From: Lama glama
Lineage: Eukaryota
Reading direction: 5' to 3'
Assembly (NCBI GenBank): GCA_028534125.1
Contig: CM052817.1
Location: 75,270,001 to 75,334,000, forward strand
DNA length: 64,000 bases
Shown piece by piece: positions 14,446 to 26,423 of this stretch; positions within the stretch are counted from its first letter, which is position 1; each line of letters starts with the position of its first letter. A program made the position numbers and the translations under genes. The notes below the pieces were generated by a model. It was not told where the DNA came from. It saw nothing but the letters and a program-made list of their open reading frames with translations, and did no database searches.

Positions 14446-14914
14446 TTATCCCAAATAAGTCAACCTGAGGAAATTTTAGCAATAGGAAAGTAGAGCCACA
14501 TAGGAACTGTAGAAACAGAAAAAATGAAAAATTAGAAGGAAGTAGTATCTTAACCACTAGATAGGACTGTCAGAGTGGAGGGTGACGTTTATAGCTGAGT
14601 TTTATGAGATATTTTCATTTCTTTGAACAGTCTGACTCCTTCATTTTAAAGGAATTGGGAAGAGTTTGATATTATTTAAAAATCCAAGCCTTTCTATAAC
14701 CTTACCTTATTCACTCTTAGCTATATTATAAAGGACAAATATCTTTGATGCATGTTTTAAATGGGAGGTTTTCCTTATATTCATTATTTAAAACTATTTT
14801 TTATCATGGCACCTTACTATCTCAGTGAATGGAGCCTAGTCCATTTCCTGAGATGTACTCAAATTCTATGTCTTCAGCTGTTAGGGAAATCTTTATGTCA
14901 AAAATATTGCCATT

Positions 14915-16355
14915 TAGCAAGATGGTGAATTAGAAAGACCCTTAGCTCACCTCCTCTCACAGGCATACCAAAATCACAACTATCAGCAGAACAACCACCA
15001 ATGAAAAAGACTAGAACATACCAGAAATTATCTACTACAATAAAGACATAAAGAAAGACCTACAACAAGATGGGTATGAGGGGGTGGACTTAACGATGTA
15101 GTTAAGTCCCATACCCCAAAGTAGGCAACCCACAGAATGGAAAATAGTTACATTGCAGAGGTTCTTCCAAAAGAGTGAGAATTGTGAAACACATGCCAGG
15201 CTTCCCAACCTGGGGGTCCTGTACTAGGAAGATGAGCCCCCAGAGCATTTGGCTATGAAAACCAGCAAGACTTAATTTTGGTAGTCCAAGGAGGCTGGGG
15301 GAAATAAAGAATTCACCTTGAAGGGCACACACAAAATCTCACACCCTCTGAAACCCAGAGCAGGAACAGTAATTTGATAGCAGCCTGTGTCAGATCTACC
15401 TGCTGATCATGGAGTCTCCCAGAAGAGACAGGAGGCAACTGCAGCTCACCCTGGGGACATAGACACTGGCAGCAGCCATTCTTGGCAGCAACTTCTACCA
15501 CATGGACAAGGTGGCAAGAGTTATTTAGTCTTGGCAGATTGTAGATATCTGTCATTGCAGATGACATGATAGCATACATAGATAATCCTAAAGACACCAC
15601 CAGAAAACTACTTGGGCTCATCAGTGAATTTGGTAAAGTTACAGGCTACAAAATTAATGTACAGAAATCTGTTGCATTTCCATACACTAACAGAAAACTA
15701 TCAGAAAGAGAATAAGGAAACAATCACATTTATCATTGCATCAAGAAGAATAAAATCCTTAGGAATAAACCCACCTAAGGAGGTAAAGACCTATACTTGG
15801 GATAATCTAAGACACTGATGAAAGAAACTGAAGATGACAGATGGAAAGATATACCATATTCATGGATTGGAAGAATTAATACCATTATAATGGCACTACC
15901 CAAGGCAATCTACAGATTCAATACAATCCCTTTCAAAATACCAAGGACATTTTTTTCACAGAACTAAAACAATTTTAAAATTTGTATGGAAATACTAAAG
16001 ACCCTGAATAGCCAAAACAAACTTAAGAAAGAAGAACAGATCTAGAGCAATTTCACTTCCTGGCTTCAGACAATGCAACAAAGCTACAGTAATCAAAAAA
16101 TATGGTAGTGACACAAAACAAACACACGGATCAATGGAACAGAATAGAGTGACCAGAAATAAATCTGCACACTCATGGTCAATTAATATATGACAAAAGA
16201 GGCAATGATATAAAACAGAGAAAAGACAATCTCTGTAATAAGTGGTGCTGGGAAAACTGGACAGCTACATGTAAAATAATGAAATTAGAACATTCTCTAA
16301 CAACATATACAAAAATAAACTCAAAATGGATTGAACACCTAAGTATAAGACTGTC
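14915..16355 (+). mobile_element. L1 mosaic: 5'UTR (14915 to about 15540) joined to ORF2 RT-onward fragment (about 15545-16355), no 3' end
   Basis: Starts caagatgg like an L1 5'UTR. ttgcagatgacatgat (the F/YADD RT motif region) lies near 15555. Downstream ORF2 peptides include [17 protein letters not shown]. Frameshifts and stops are present. Confidence 0.85.
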
Positions 16356-19145
16356 TGAAAATGGCCTTGAAATCAACAGGGGTATAGAGTCTGTGACACT
16401 ACTGTGGGGTAAGAGACTTGAGGACACTCAGTTAGGAAAGGGAAAAGTGTATCTTCAAATTTTATAATTTAAAAAAATGATTTTTTGAAATAAGTGCTTA
16501 AAATAATGATATACTTGGAAAGGGTCACAGTATTTTCCTTGTAAAATACTTAATTCATTTATAAAAGATCACACTCTGCCTAGGAAATGTTCAAGAACAT
16601 TCAAGAACATTCAAGGTTGTTGGAGTTTTTTTCAACAACATTGCAGGACATTTTTTTCATGATAAACATTTTACAGGAGACTTCTTGATATGTTGGCATA
16701 TAGAACTGCCTTATTATTGTAGAGCTTATTTTGTCATTAGTGATGATCATGTGCCTTAGACATTTCAAGAGCATCTGTTGTTGATACTCCTCCTTACGGC
16801 TTCCACAGTCAATACCAATGTTGTTCTTGTGGAAATGGATATCTTTATCTCCCTGCTGGCATGCCTTTCCCATTCTTTCATATATAAAAAAGAGAATAAA
16901 GATAGGTAACCAAAAAAATACCTCTGGCACAAATAACATATTGAAAAATTCCTAGTTAGCTTTCACTGAAATTATATGAAAAAAGTTAATAAAATTCAGT
17001 GATATTTTTGTTTTCACTTTTCCCTCCAATATTTCTCTACAGTACACATCCCACTATTGAAGTCTTTGACTTTGTCACTCATGGGGATTAAAAAAATTAC
17101 CTAAGCTTCTGTTGCTTGGAACATTTGTATTACTGAGTTGTTATTATAATGATGCCCTGGGGCAAATGCATATTCTCATGTCTTTTCTGGCTCTTGCTTC
17201 AGATTTTCATTTGTTTGTTTGTTTGTTTAGCCCTTGTAAATAATGACTACTCAGTGAGAAAGAATTCTTGTTAGTAGGCCTGTTTTTATATTTATAATAT
17301 TGTTGGATTTAAAAAAAAGTACCCTCTTTTATTTGAAAATGTTATAAAATGAATGAATAGCATTATTATGTATTTCTGAGAGGTAATGATTATGAAAAGA
17401 AAGTTATAACTTCCTTTTTGCTTCATTAATTGTAATTTAAACATTCATTTTATCTTTAGATGTTGGAAAAACATCTTTTTAATAAAAAACATTTCCTTTC
17501 TTAATTCCTCTAATATATTCATTAAAACACTTTGATAACAAACATCTTGAAATAATTTTCTTTAGCAACAATTTACAAAACATGTATACAAAAACATTTA
17601 TGTTTTCAGATCATGAGATTACAAAACTCTTCTAGTTTCATTATGCTTAATGCAGATTTAAGTAATAAACAAAATAAAGAACAAGTCAATGTTTCATTAT
17701 TGTACTTAATTTTGATGTCATTTTCTCTAATGTCAAAGTATATTTTGATGCAAATTGCTTTTATACCGCATAAATTTATACAATAATTGTATTTATTACT
17801 AAATTTATTCCAGTAACTAGAAGATATTAATGACTATGAATAGAGCTATTTCAGTTAAAGGTCTTTAGTCAAATAAGCTGCAATAAATTGTTTTAAAATT
17901 ATCTGTTCAATATTAATTATGCTGCTGATGAATATAAAGTTGGGTTCATCACTGACATTTCTCCTATTTATCAACCATTCTGATAATTTTGCATTAAGAA
18001 TGTATTATGGATTTAAAAATACTTTCATCATCATTATTATTACTATTATTTTTATATTGTTTTGATAAATCCTATGACATCTCTTTTTCAAAGGAAATGT
18101 TTCAAAGTTAATATCATGTTATTAGATAAAGTATTATCATCTATTTTATGTTTTATTAATTCAAAATTTTGTACTTTATATACTAATGTAGGGCACATCA
18201 ATTATACTTATTTTCAAAGTGAAATTATTCCATGATTGTTTATAAGTTAAACATTCCATACAGTTATTCATATGCTTTTTAATGAATTTATTGTGGGTAT
18301 CTGAAACCATAATAACTACTTCTCACTTTAATTTTCTTTTCTACTAGATCAAATCTAGTTGTCTAGTTGGCTCCATTTTAATTCTACCACTTCCATATAT
18401 AATTATTCTTATGTCCATAATATGCTTTGTTAACCATTTCTTCCACTAGTCATTTTTCTTAACTTCAACAAGACTTCATTTGGTCAGTCCTAATCATTAC
18501 ATTGCATACAACTCTAAGACATTCTTGAATCAATGACTTCAAATTATCTCTACTTAACATATGACATATAAAACTGATTCCCAATATATTGGAGGAGTCA
18601 GTAATAACAGAAATATTTCATTATAAAAGCACACCCTAATAAAGCAAATGGTTTTCTTGGAAATGTGGAAGGGAGAGAAATAGAAATTATAATTACTCTC
18701 ATTAAAATAGGGTGAAAAAGAGTAATTACTTTTGATGTAAAACAATGCATAATTTTAAATATAATGCTAAATACAAAATTTAACCAATTGTAAACAGAAT
18801 ATAAACATTTTAAACTATGCCCTAATGGCCTCTAACTACACCATATGGAACATGTAATCTTCTTTCTCTCTTCAGTAAGGGATGAAAACATTAGATAGTT
18901 TTCACTGACATTTTGGCCCAGAGTGATAACCATCACTTTTCTAAAACATGGTTCTGCCTAACTCTCAGGGGACAAAGAAACATAATTCTCTAGTATTCCT
19001 GGAGGAGAACCAGATGTGAATAAACAATAAAAATTTCTACCAATAAAAGTTTCTAACAAAAAGACCAAGAAACATGAATGCATGAATCATAGAATAAATT
19101 ATTATTAATCACATCTATACATTTAAGACAATCTTAGTTGCTGTG

Positions 19146-19701
19146 TGAGGAGTCTGTTCCATGACAAAATCCTGTGTGTGATATTTCAGGCTGGACTTTT
19201 AGCCATCACAGTTTAACTGACAACCTATGTCGGGAAGCTGCCCTCCTTGCTCGGAATTTGGTGCACAACAATGCTTTCTAGTTTTATGCAGGGCATGAGA
19301 GTCAGGACTCAGTACCCTCCTCCATCTCGACACCAGCCATGCTCAAGTACCTGGTTCTGGTGTCTCTATTCACAGGCGCTATGAGGGAAATTCACCAAGG
19401 AACTATTCCATCCTTTCATTCGCTTTCTATTCCTAGTCCTTCCCTGCCTACAAGTCCATAAAGAGACAATGCCCTTTTGGTAGGGACTCCTTGACTAGAA
19501 GAAGACACGCCACATCTGTACTGCATCTATCTGACCCCTACCTAGTGCCATTCTATGGGGAGAAATGGATAGCGGGCAGCTGGCCCCTTACGTTTTTTAC
19601 TCTTTGCTTACACTGTTGTGCTAAGTGAATAAAGTCTTGATTGTTACTTTCACATTGGCTTATTGCTCCAATTGACCAACTTGACACCTGGTTGCTTGGC
19701 A
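19146..19701 (+). mobile_element. Solo ERVL-class LTR (MER54/MER74/LTR53 group) with 5-bp TSD
   Basis: TG...CA termini, perfect flanking CTGTG (19141-19145 and 19702-19706), AATAAA near 19628 followed by U5-like gtcttgattgttactttc. Confidence 0.8.
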
Positions 19702-20799
19702 CTGTGAATAGCAGAAAGAGTCTTGTGAGTCTTCCGGAAAGAGCTAGAGGTCTCCTTGGAGAACGATCTCTACTGAGATCTCAGGCCGAAAAAGGGAAAT
19801 TGAACTGTAGTTGGGTCACATCAGCAAGCAGCACTCTAGGTGAAGTGCTGCTACTCTCCTTATTGTAAATATTATTTTTTTTTAATGTGGATAATACAAA
19901 GTGGTTAGTTTGACTTTACTACAGTGAATTGAGAACTGCTTCCATACAGTTACATGTCTTTAAATTGCTTTCCTTTACCTGTTAAATGTTTATGGAGTTG
20001 AGGATATGCTCTTGAAATGCATGAACAATTAAAAAAAATCTCTTTTTATATAAACCATAAACCACTAATTATTAGTAAATCAGGAATATCACTGCCTCAC
20101 TCTGTTATAAGTAAAATCTTGGTATTTTTAAGAATCCTTAAATCAACATGCTTAAAAATCACTATAATTAGAGAAAAAGACAGGTTTGCATGAGAAGGTC
20201 TCAGTCAGTGATTTGGAAAGAACTCTTGGGTAAGAACAAGGTTTATGTAATAACATAACAGTTAATATTACTGTTTAGTTAATGCCAAGCAAAAGCCCAG
20301 TGTTTGAGAAAAAGCCATTGGATCTGATACTGTTTTTAGAGTCTCTCTTTTGGTATTTCTTATTTTGAAAAAAGAAGTTATTTCATCTTTCAAAGCTTTG
20401 GTATTTACTCCCAAATCGTGATAACCCTATGTGTGTGTTCCTCTGAACAGAAAGGAAGCTTGAAATTTTTCTTCATGTTCTGCAACAGTTCATACGGTAT
20501 GATGAACAGAGTTCTTTTAATGACTTTGAAAGTATAATCTTTTAAAAATTAAATACGTATATCTCAAGTAAAGCCTCTTTAAATTGTCAAATTTTCATAT
20601 TGCACCTTTCCTTATCTTCCCAAAGTTTAACAATATCATAGGTAGAAAACATTACTTTCTGAATTTAAAACAGTATATAAATATAAATTTCACGTATCTT
20701 AAAATAAGTAGTTAAAAAGATATTTTACTGCTTTATTTTACAAGCCATTACTTACTATAAAAATTACAAAATTTTAAAACCTGCAACAGTTCTATTCAT

Positions 20800-21272
20800 A
20801 TCATGGTAAGATGGCTGGCTGCCTATCAACATAAATTCGCCGCCACTTTCTTGGTCATAGAGTTGTAGCTGGGATAGGATTACTAGCTGTGAATTTTTCA
20901 GCTATCATGAAAGCTAATTGTAGATATTTGAATTAGTTCTTCCCCCATACAAGATGAGATATGTATACTTCTACACTTGGCCTAAAAAACACAAAACTCA
21001 AAAAAAAAAAAAATTCAGGTTTGCTCCTTCACAGTCTTTCCTCTATCTATAAGCTAGAACATGGAAATACCTGCAAAACAGTTTCATATGTGTAAATGAA
21101 ACATGCAGTAGATAGTGAAAAAAGAGATGGTGGGATCTCAATCCATAAATGACCATGTGTACCAGGGTCACCTGCTATTTGAGATTGTTATAGGAAATAA
21201 GCATTTATTTTTCATTAAGCCTCTGAATTATTTTGTCTGATTATTATAGTTGAATTGTACACAACCAGCACA
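20800..21272 (+). mobile_element. Old MaLR LTR (MLT1I/J-like)
   Basis: tggtaagatggctggctgcctatc start, taaatgaccatgtg, and a 3' end like cattaagcctctgaattattttgtctgattattatag. Confidence 0.6.
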
Positions 21273-21479
21273 AATATATAAATGCCTAATGTCATGTGGT
21301 TTAAATATAAAATAGACTCTATTAGAAAAACAAATTCAAATAATCAGCAGAACATAGCTGATCCCATGAAATTCTCATAATCTCACAAAAAGATATGTTA
21401 GGTTGTGCATAGCTGGACAACTGCTCACAGATTCATCATTCTGGCCCTTATTACTTTATTAAAAACATTCTTATATTTA

Positions 21480-22620
21480 CATTTACTGATCATATGCACT
21501 ATATGGAACATTTCTATCTATCTATTTCATCTTTTTAAGTTCTTTCTATGTGCTTATTAATAACTTTGTTTTATATTTCTAATTTATTAAGTTGAACTTG
21601 TTTTATTATCATTTGTCATATTTTTAAATACAAATATTTAAACATCTGCATATATTTTAACAGTATGTTATAGATTTTAGGAAGAAGTATTCTTATTATT
21701 TGCAGTTAATGTATAATTTCAGTTTATTTTTTTAAACTATTCTTAAGTTGTCTTAAGTAGTCAAGAATCTGGGGTATTTTTTTATTATTTATATGTAATG
21801 TTATGTATCAATATATAATTATAAAATTTGGCTTTTAGTCTCTATATATTTAGTGCAAAATTTAGATAAAATTGCAAAGACATATGAAAAAGTATGATGT
21901 TTGTTGAATGTAAGGATAAAGCTGCATCTTTTTTTTACTTCATTTTTTTCCTCCTAAACTTGTTTTCATCATATTTTGTTCTTAAAGAATTTTTTGCTTT
22001 CTGTATTTCACTGTTATTTTTTATTTTATATAATAATTGTAATTTTATTTCTTCCTTACTTTAACCATTTTAGTCTTAACTTCTACTCTGATATCAGTGT
22101 TTTCAGGCACAATTTGTTTATATCTTTTTATTATACTGAAATACATTTTATTTTATTGTAATACAGGTAACACATTATTTGGCAGGATTTTCTTCTTCTT
22201 TAACTCACTTTATTTCTGTCTTATGGAAATGAAATTTACCAATTCACCTTTAGCAATATGCTAACACAATATCACCTTGTTTCTGATGTAAATTATCTTG
22301 TATTAGACATCTCCTCTAGTTCAATAGTATCAGAGTAGTTTTTCTGGTATTGACCACAGACAGGATGCACAAGAGGTATAGCAACTCAGCCCTTGCATTC
22401 TGAAAATCTTATTCTCTGTTTCTGATAGATGAATGTTATCATGGCTATAAAAGGTCCTTTGATTTTACTTTTTTCTCACTTCTCCCCTGACTTATCCACC
22501 ACCCAGGATTTTATTATATTTCACTATCAAATATAAGAAGTCTAATGCTGGTCTTACCAAGTTTCACTTACTACATACGTTAGATATTTCAATTTTTAAA
22601 AAAAGATTCTCATTAGATTA
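21480..22620 (-). mobile_element. Decayed old L1 (L1ME-like) fragments
   Basis: T-rich antisense L1-like tracts (tagattttaggaagaagtattcttattattt; gaagtctaatgctggtctta). Confidence 0.45.
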
Positions 22621-23628
22621 AAGGCATTTGTTGGCTCAAGTAATGGTTTTGGTCCAGACTTCCACTTTGTAGAGGAGTTCTGGAATGCTTCTCATTTTAG
22701 GGTTCATTTGATCGAAAAGTTCATCGTATCATCAGCATTGTTGCTGCATTTTCTAGCAGTAAACTCAGTTTTGACTTTTGTAGTATGCTTCAACTCTGAG
22801 TTGTCTTTACTGGCAAAAGAAGACATGTTACTTAACTCAGAGAAATACAGAATGTCTGCACTACATCTCCTATTGATGAGCAAAATCACATTGTTTAATA
22901 CTAAGCCTTCTTCAAACTTATTGTTTCTTTAGTGCAAAATGTTTTATATGCCCATCCCTAGAACAACCACTGTGAGTAGGATGATGACGTGCTCTATTAA
23001 AGACATTTAGTCCTGCAAATTTCTCTGAGTGACAGCTGCAACACAATTAGGATGGGTGATTCTACCAAAGAAATAAGGGTAATATTGATAGAAGAAGGGA
23101 GGCAATAAGTGATGAAGGGAAATCACTACACATCTGCTATAGCAGGTAAACAATTAGAGTAGTATATCTCTTTCTGCCTGAAAGCTTTTTATAGTATGAT
23201 TGGATATTGTTGATTGTTTTATCTTTGAGCTATTAGAATTTCATGTAGGTTTATGTATGTGTCTTTTTTAAAAAAACAAAATAATGACAATTATTTAAAA
23301 GAAATATGATAATTTTACCTGGTATTTTGAAATATTTAACAAAAAAATTTTAAAGCACGTGAGAATGTTAAGTGGCATCAAAATAGGAGCATAATGCCCT
23401 CCTTTTTCTGCCATGTCTCTGCCAATAAAAGTTATACAATGTACTAAAACCCTATGTGGCAAAATTAAGGAAGTTTTTATTAATAATTATTTATATAGTA
23501 ACTACTAAAAGTACATTCTAGAAAGTTAAATTATTCTAGTATCTGCATTGGGAGGCAAATATAAAATTCAAAAACCCTGGATAGAAAAAAAATTAGATAT
23601 ATCATGAAAGATACATTTGAAAAGAATC

Positions 23629-24331
23629 TGTTAGGAAGGAAAGACATTGTTAGAAAGAACAATACACAAATAGATACCTGAATTTCATATCTTCAAATGA
23701 TATATTGGTTAAATAAAAGGAAAGTAATATTAGGCAGTTAGACAGAAATGAGCACCAGGCAAGGGGAGAGGAAGGGGGACGGAACAATGCAGAAAATAAC
23801 AGTATGCCTGGGCGGAGGATAAGGGGCTCCAAAAACTTTATTTTCTCCAAATGAAGGCCTGCAAAGAAGCTGACTAGATTCAAATGCTGTGACTGCTTTG
23901 CAGTAGACAGAAGGACCTGGCTTAACCTGAGCCAAGCGCATTATAATGTAATTAACATTGCAGTTTGAGCCCCCTTCTGTAGGTTTCTCTGTGTGCATCG
24001 TGGGTAAGAACATACCTAAAAGAGATGGGCGGGCCTGAGCACAAAGAACCTGAGCTGTCAATCAGCCTGAGCACTCAAAGAATGGAAGCCATCAATAATC
24101 AATCACAAATACGCCCCCGAAGAACAGGAAAAACAAAGGAGAGGCACTATTTTTCCTCTCTTGGATTGGCCCACCCCCAATTCTTGGGGAATGTACTATA
24201 TTTTATTACCTTTTCACTTCACTAATAAAATCTTCTGTTTATACCATGCTCTCTGTCTCCTATTAGAAATTCATTTTTTTTTGCATGTTTAAGAACCTAC
24301 GTAATTTTTTATTCCCCTCTTCCCTGTAACA
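23629..24331 (+). mobile_element. Solo ERV1-class LTR (family uncertain)
   Basis: tgtta...taaca termini, locally GC-richer, LTR-type 3' part tactatattttattaccttttcacttcactAATAAAatcttctg...ctctctgtctcctattagaaattc...aagaacc. No clean TSD. The left end could instead be 23648. Confidence 0.7.
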
Positions 24332-25200
24332 GTAATAACATGAATTGTGTCAGTCACAGATACTTTTTTCCTAAATAAAAATGTATCTGCTGAGCATATA
24401 TTTCAAAAATAAATAAAGCCATTTTAGCACAAATGATTTCCATATCTGAGCTGAAAAACAAATAGTCTATTGATGTGTAATAAAAATACACTAATGTAGA
24501 AATGACAGATGATATCAAGAATAAAAGACCTGTTGAATTAATAAGTCTTTTTTTTCTTTTCAATTCTTAATATTGATGGTAAGGTGATTACCACTTAATA
24601 TTTTACCATTATTTTGGATTGTTTGTGTTTATTAAGAAAATTTAAGGTGGGAAAATATAAGATGCTAGGGAAGGTATATAATTTTATCATGACTTTAAAT
24701 ATTCAATTTTGGATGATTTAACTGTTTAAAGGAAATTAATGGACAAAGAAACAGAGGCAAATATAGAATTAGAAAAAAAAACCCCAAAAAGAATAACTTA
24801 GCACTTCAGCCTTGTATTTTTCAATAAAAATTGTACTAAAGATAACATAAATTGATTCATTTTGAATGAAATTTTTCACCCAAATGCAAATATAAACATA
24901 TATTATCTATGTGAAATTAATATCAAATTCAATTATCACAGGTTATAAAACATATGCAATTACAAAACTATCTCTAACATCTACAAATTCTTTGCTTAGT
25001 CATTAAAAAGTCTTGGGAAATAACAGACTTACATCACACAGATGGCAAATTGATCACATTCATCACTATTTTAAGCATCATATTTGATGGCTGCCATCAA
25101 ACATTTTACCTCATACATATGATTACTAATGTTTTTACATAATTAACCTTATTAACATTAAAAATTCCAACATTATATTCAAGCCAAAGTAAGTTTTGCC

Positions 25201-26423
25201 AACATATAAACCAGTGGAACAGAATAGAGAGCCCAGAAGTGAACCCACAAACTTTTGGTCAACTAATCTGCAACAAAGGAGGCAAGAATATACAATGGAA
25301 TAAAAACAGTCTCTTCAGCAAATGGTGTTGGGAAAATTGGACAACAGCATGTAAATCATTTAAGCTAGAACACTCCCTTACACCATACACAAAAATAAAC
25401 TCAAAATGGATCAAAGACTTAAACATAAGACAAGATACAATAAACCTCCTAGAAGAAAATACAGGCAAAACATTATGTGACATACATTTCAAAAATATTC
25501 TCCTAGAGCAGGGTTCCTGGGTCATATGGTAAGTATATTCCTAGTCTTTTGAGGAATCTCCATACTGTTTTCCACAGTGGCTGTACCAAACTGCATTCCC
25601 ACCAGCAGTGTAAAAGGGTTCCCCTTTCTCCACAGCCTCTCCAGCATTTGTCATTTGTGGACTTTTGAATGATGGCCATTCAGACTGGTGTGAAGTGATA
25701 CCTCACTGTAGTTTTGATTTGCATTTCTCTGATAATTAGCAGTATGGAGCATTTTTTCATGTGCCTATTGATCATTTGTATTTCTTCCTTGGAGAATTAC
25801 TTGTTTAGGTCTTTTGCCCATTCCAGAAGGAACCCTACTTCAAAATGACCCTGCACCTCAATGTTCATAGAAGCACTATTTACAATAGCCAAGACATGGA
25901 AACAGCCTAAATATCCATCAACAGATAACTGAATAAAGAAGTGGTGGTATATTTATACAATGGAATACTATTCAGCCGTAAAAACCGACAACATAACGCC
26001 ATTTGCAGCAACATGGATGTTCCTGGAGAATGTCATTCTAAGTGAAGTAAGCCAGAAAGAGAAAGAAAAATACCATATAAGATCACTCATATGTGGAATT
26101 AAAAAAAAAAAACATAAATACAAAACAGAAACAGACTCACAGACATAGAATACAAACTTGTGGCTGCCAAGGGAGCAGGGAGTGGGAAGGGACAGACTGG
26201 GATTTCAAAATGTAAAATAGATTAAAAAGATTATAATGTATAGCACACAGGGAAATATATATATAACCTTACGGTAGCTCACAGAGAAAAAAATGTGACA
26301 ATGAATGTATGTATGTTCATGTATAACTGAAAAATTGTACTCTACACTGTAATTTGACACAATATTGTAAAATGATTATAACAATAAAAAATGTTAAAAA
26401 ACAAAAACAAAAACAAATATCAA
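25201..26423 (+). mobile_element. Young 5'-truncated L1 with internal inversion (25512-25822) and 15-bp TSD
   Basis: ORF2 C-terminal peptides ([20 protein letters not shown]...FAATWM), 3'UTR and A-rich tail. TSD aaagtaagttttgcc (25186-25200) vs aaagtaaattttgcc (26424-26438). Confidence 0.95.

Noticed and set aside
16590..16617. Short tandem repeats (ttcaagaaca here, also near 6820, 32527 and 59219) as an array or CRISPR-like structure
   Set aside because: Two to three adjacent copies with no spacers. These are ordinary slippage duplications in a mammalian genome.
16601..16939. 112-aa minus-strand ORF or possible terminal exon
   Set aside because: No recognisable homology, a weak acceptor and no partner exons. 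A BLASTX would settle it.
25239..26148. L1 ORF2-like ORFs here and at 15.6-16.5, 31.2-31.6, 40.3-41.4, 42.5-42.9 and 57.6-57.8 kb as genes
   Set aside because: These are fragments of disrupted L1 ORF2 or their antisense frames. No intact ORF1 or ORF2 exists in the window.
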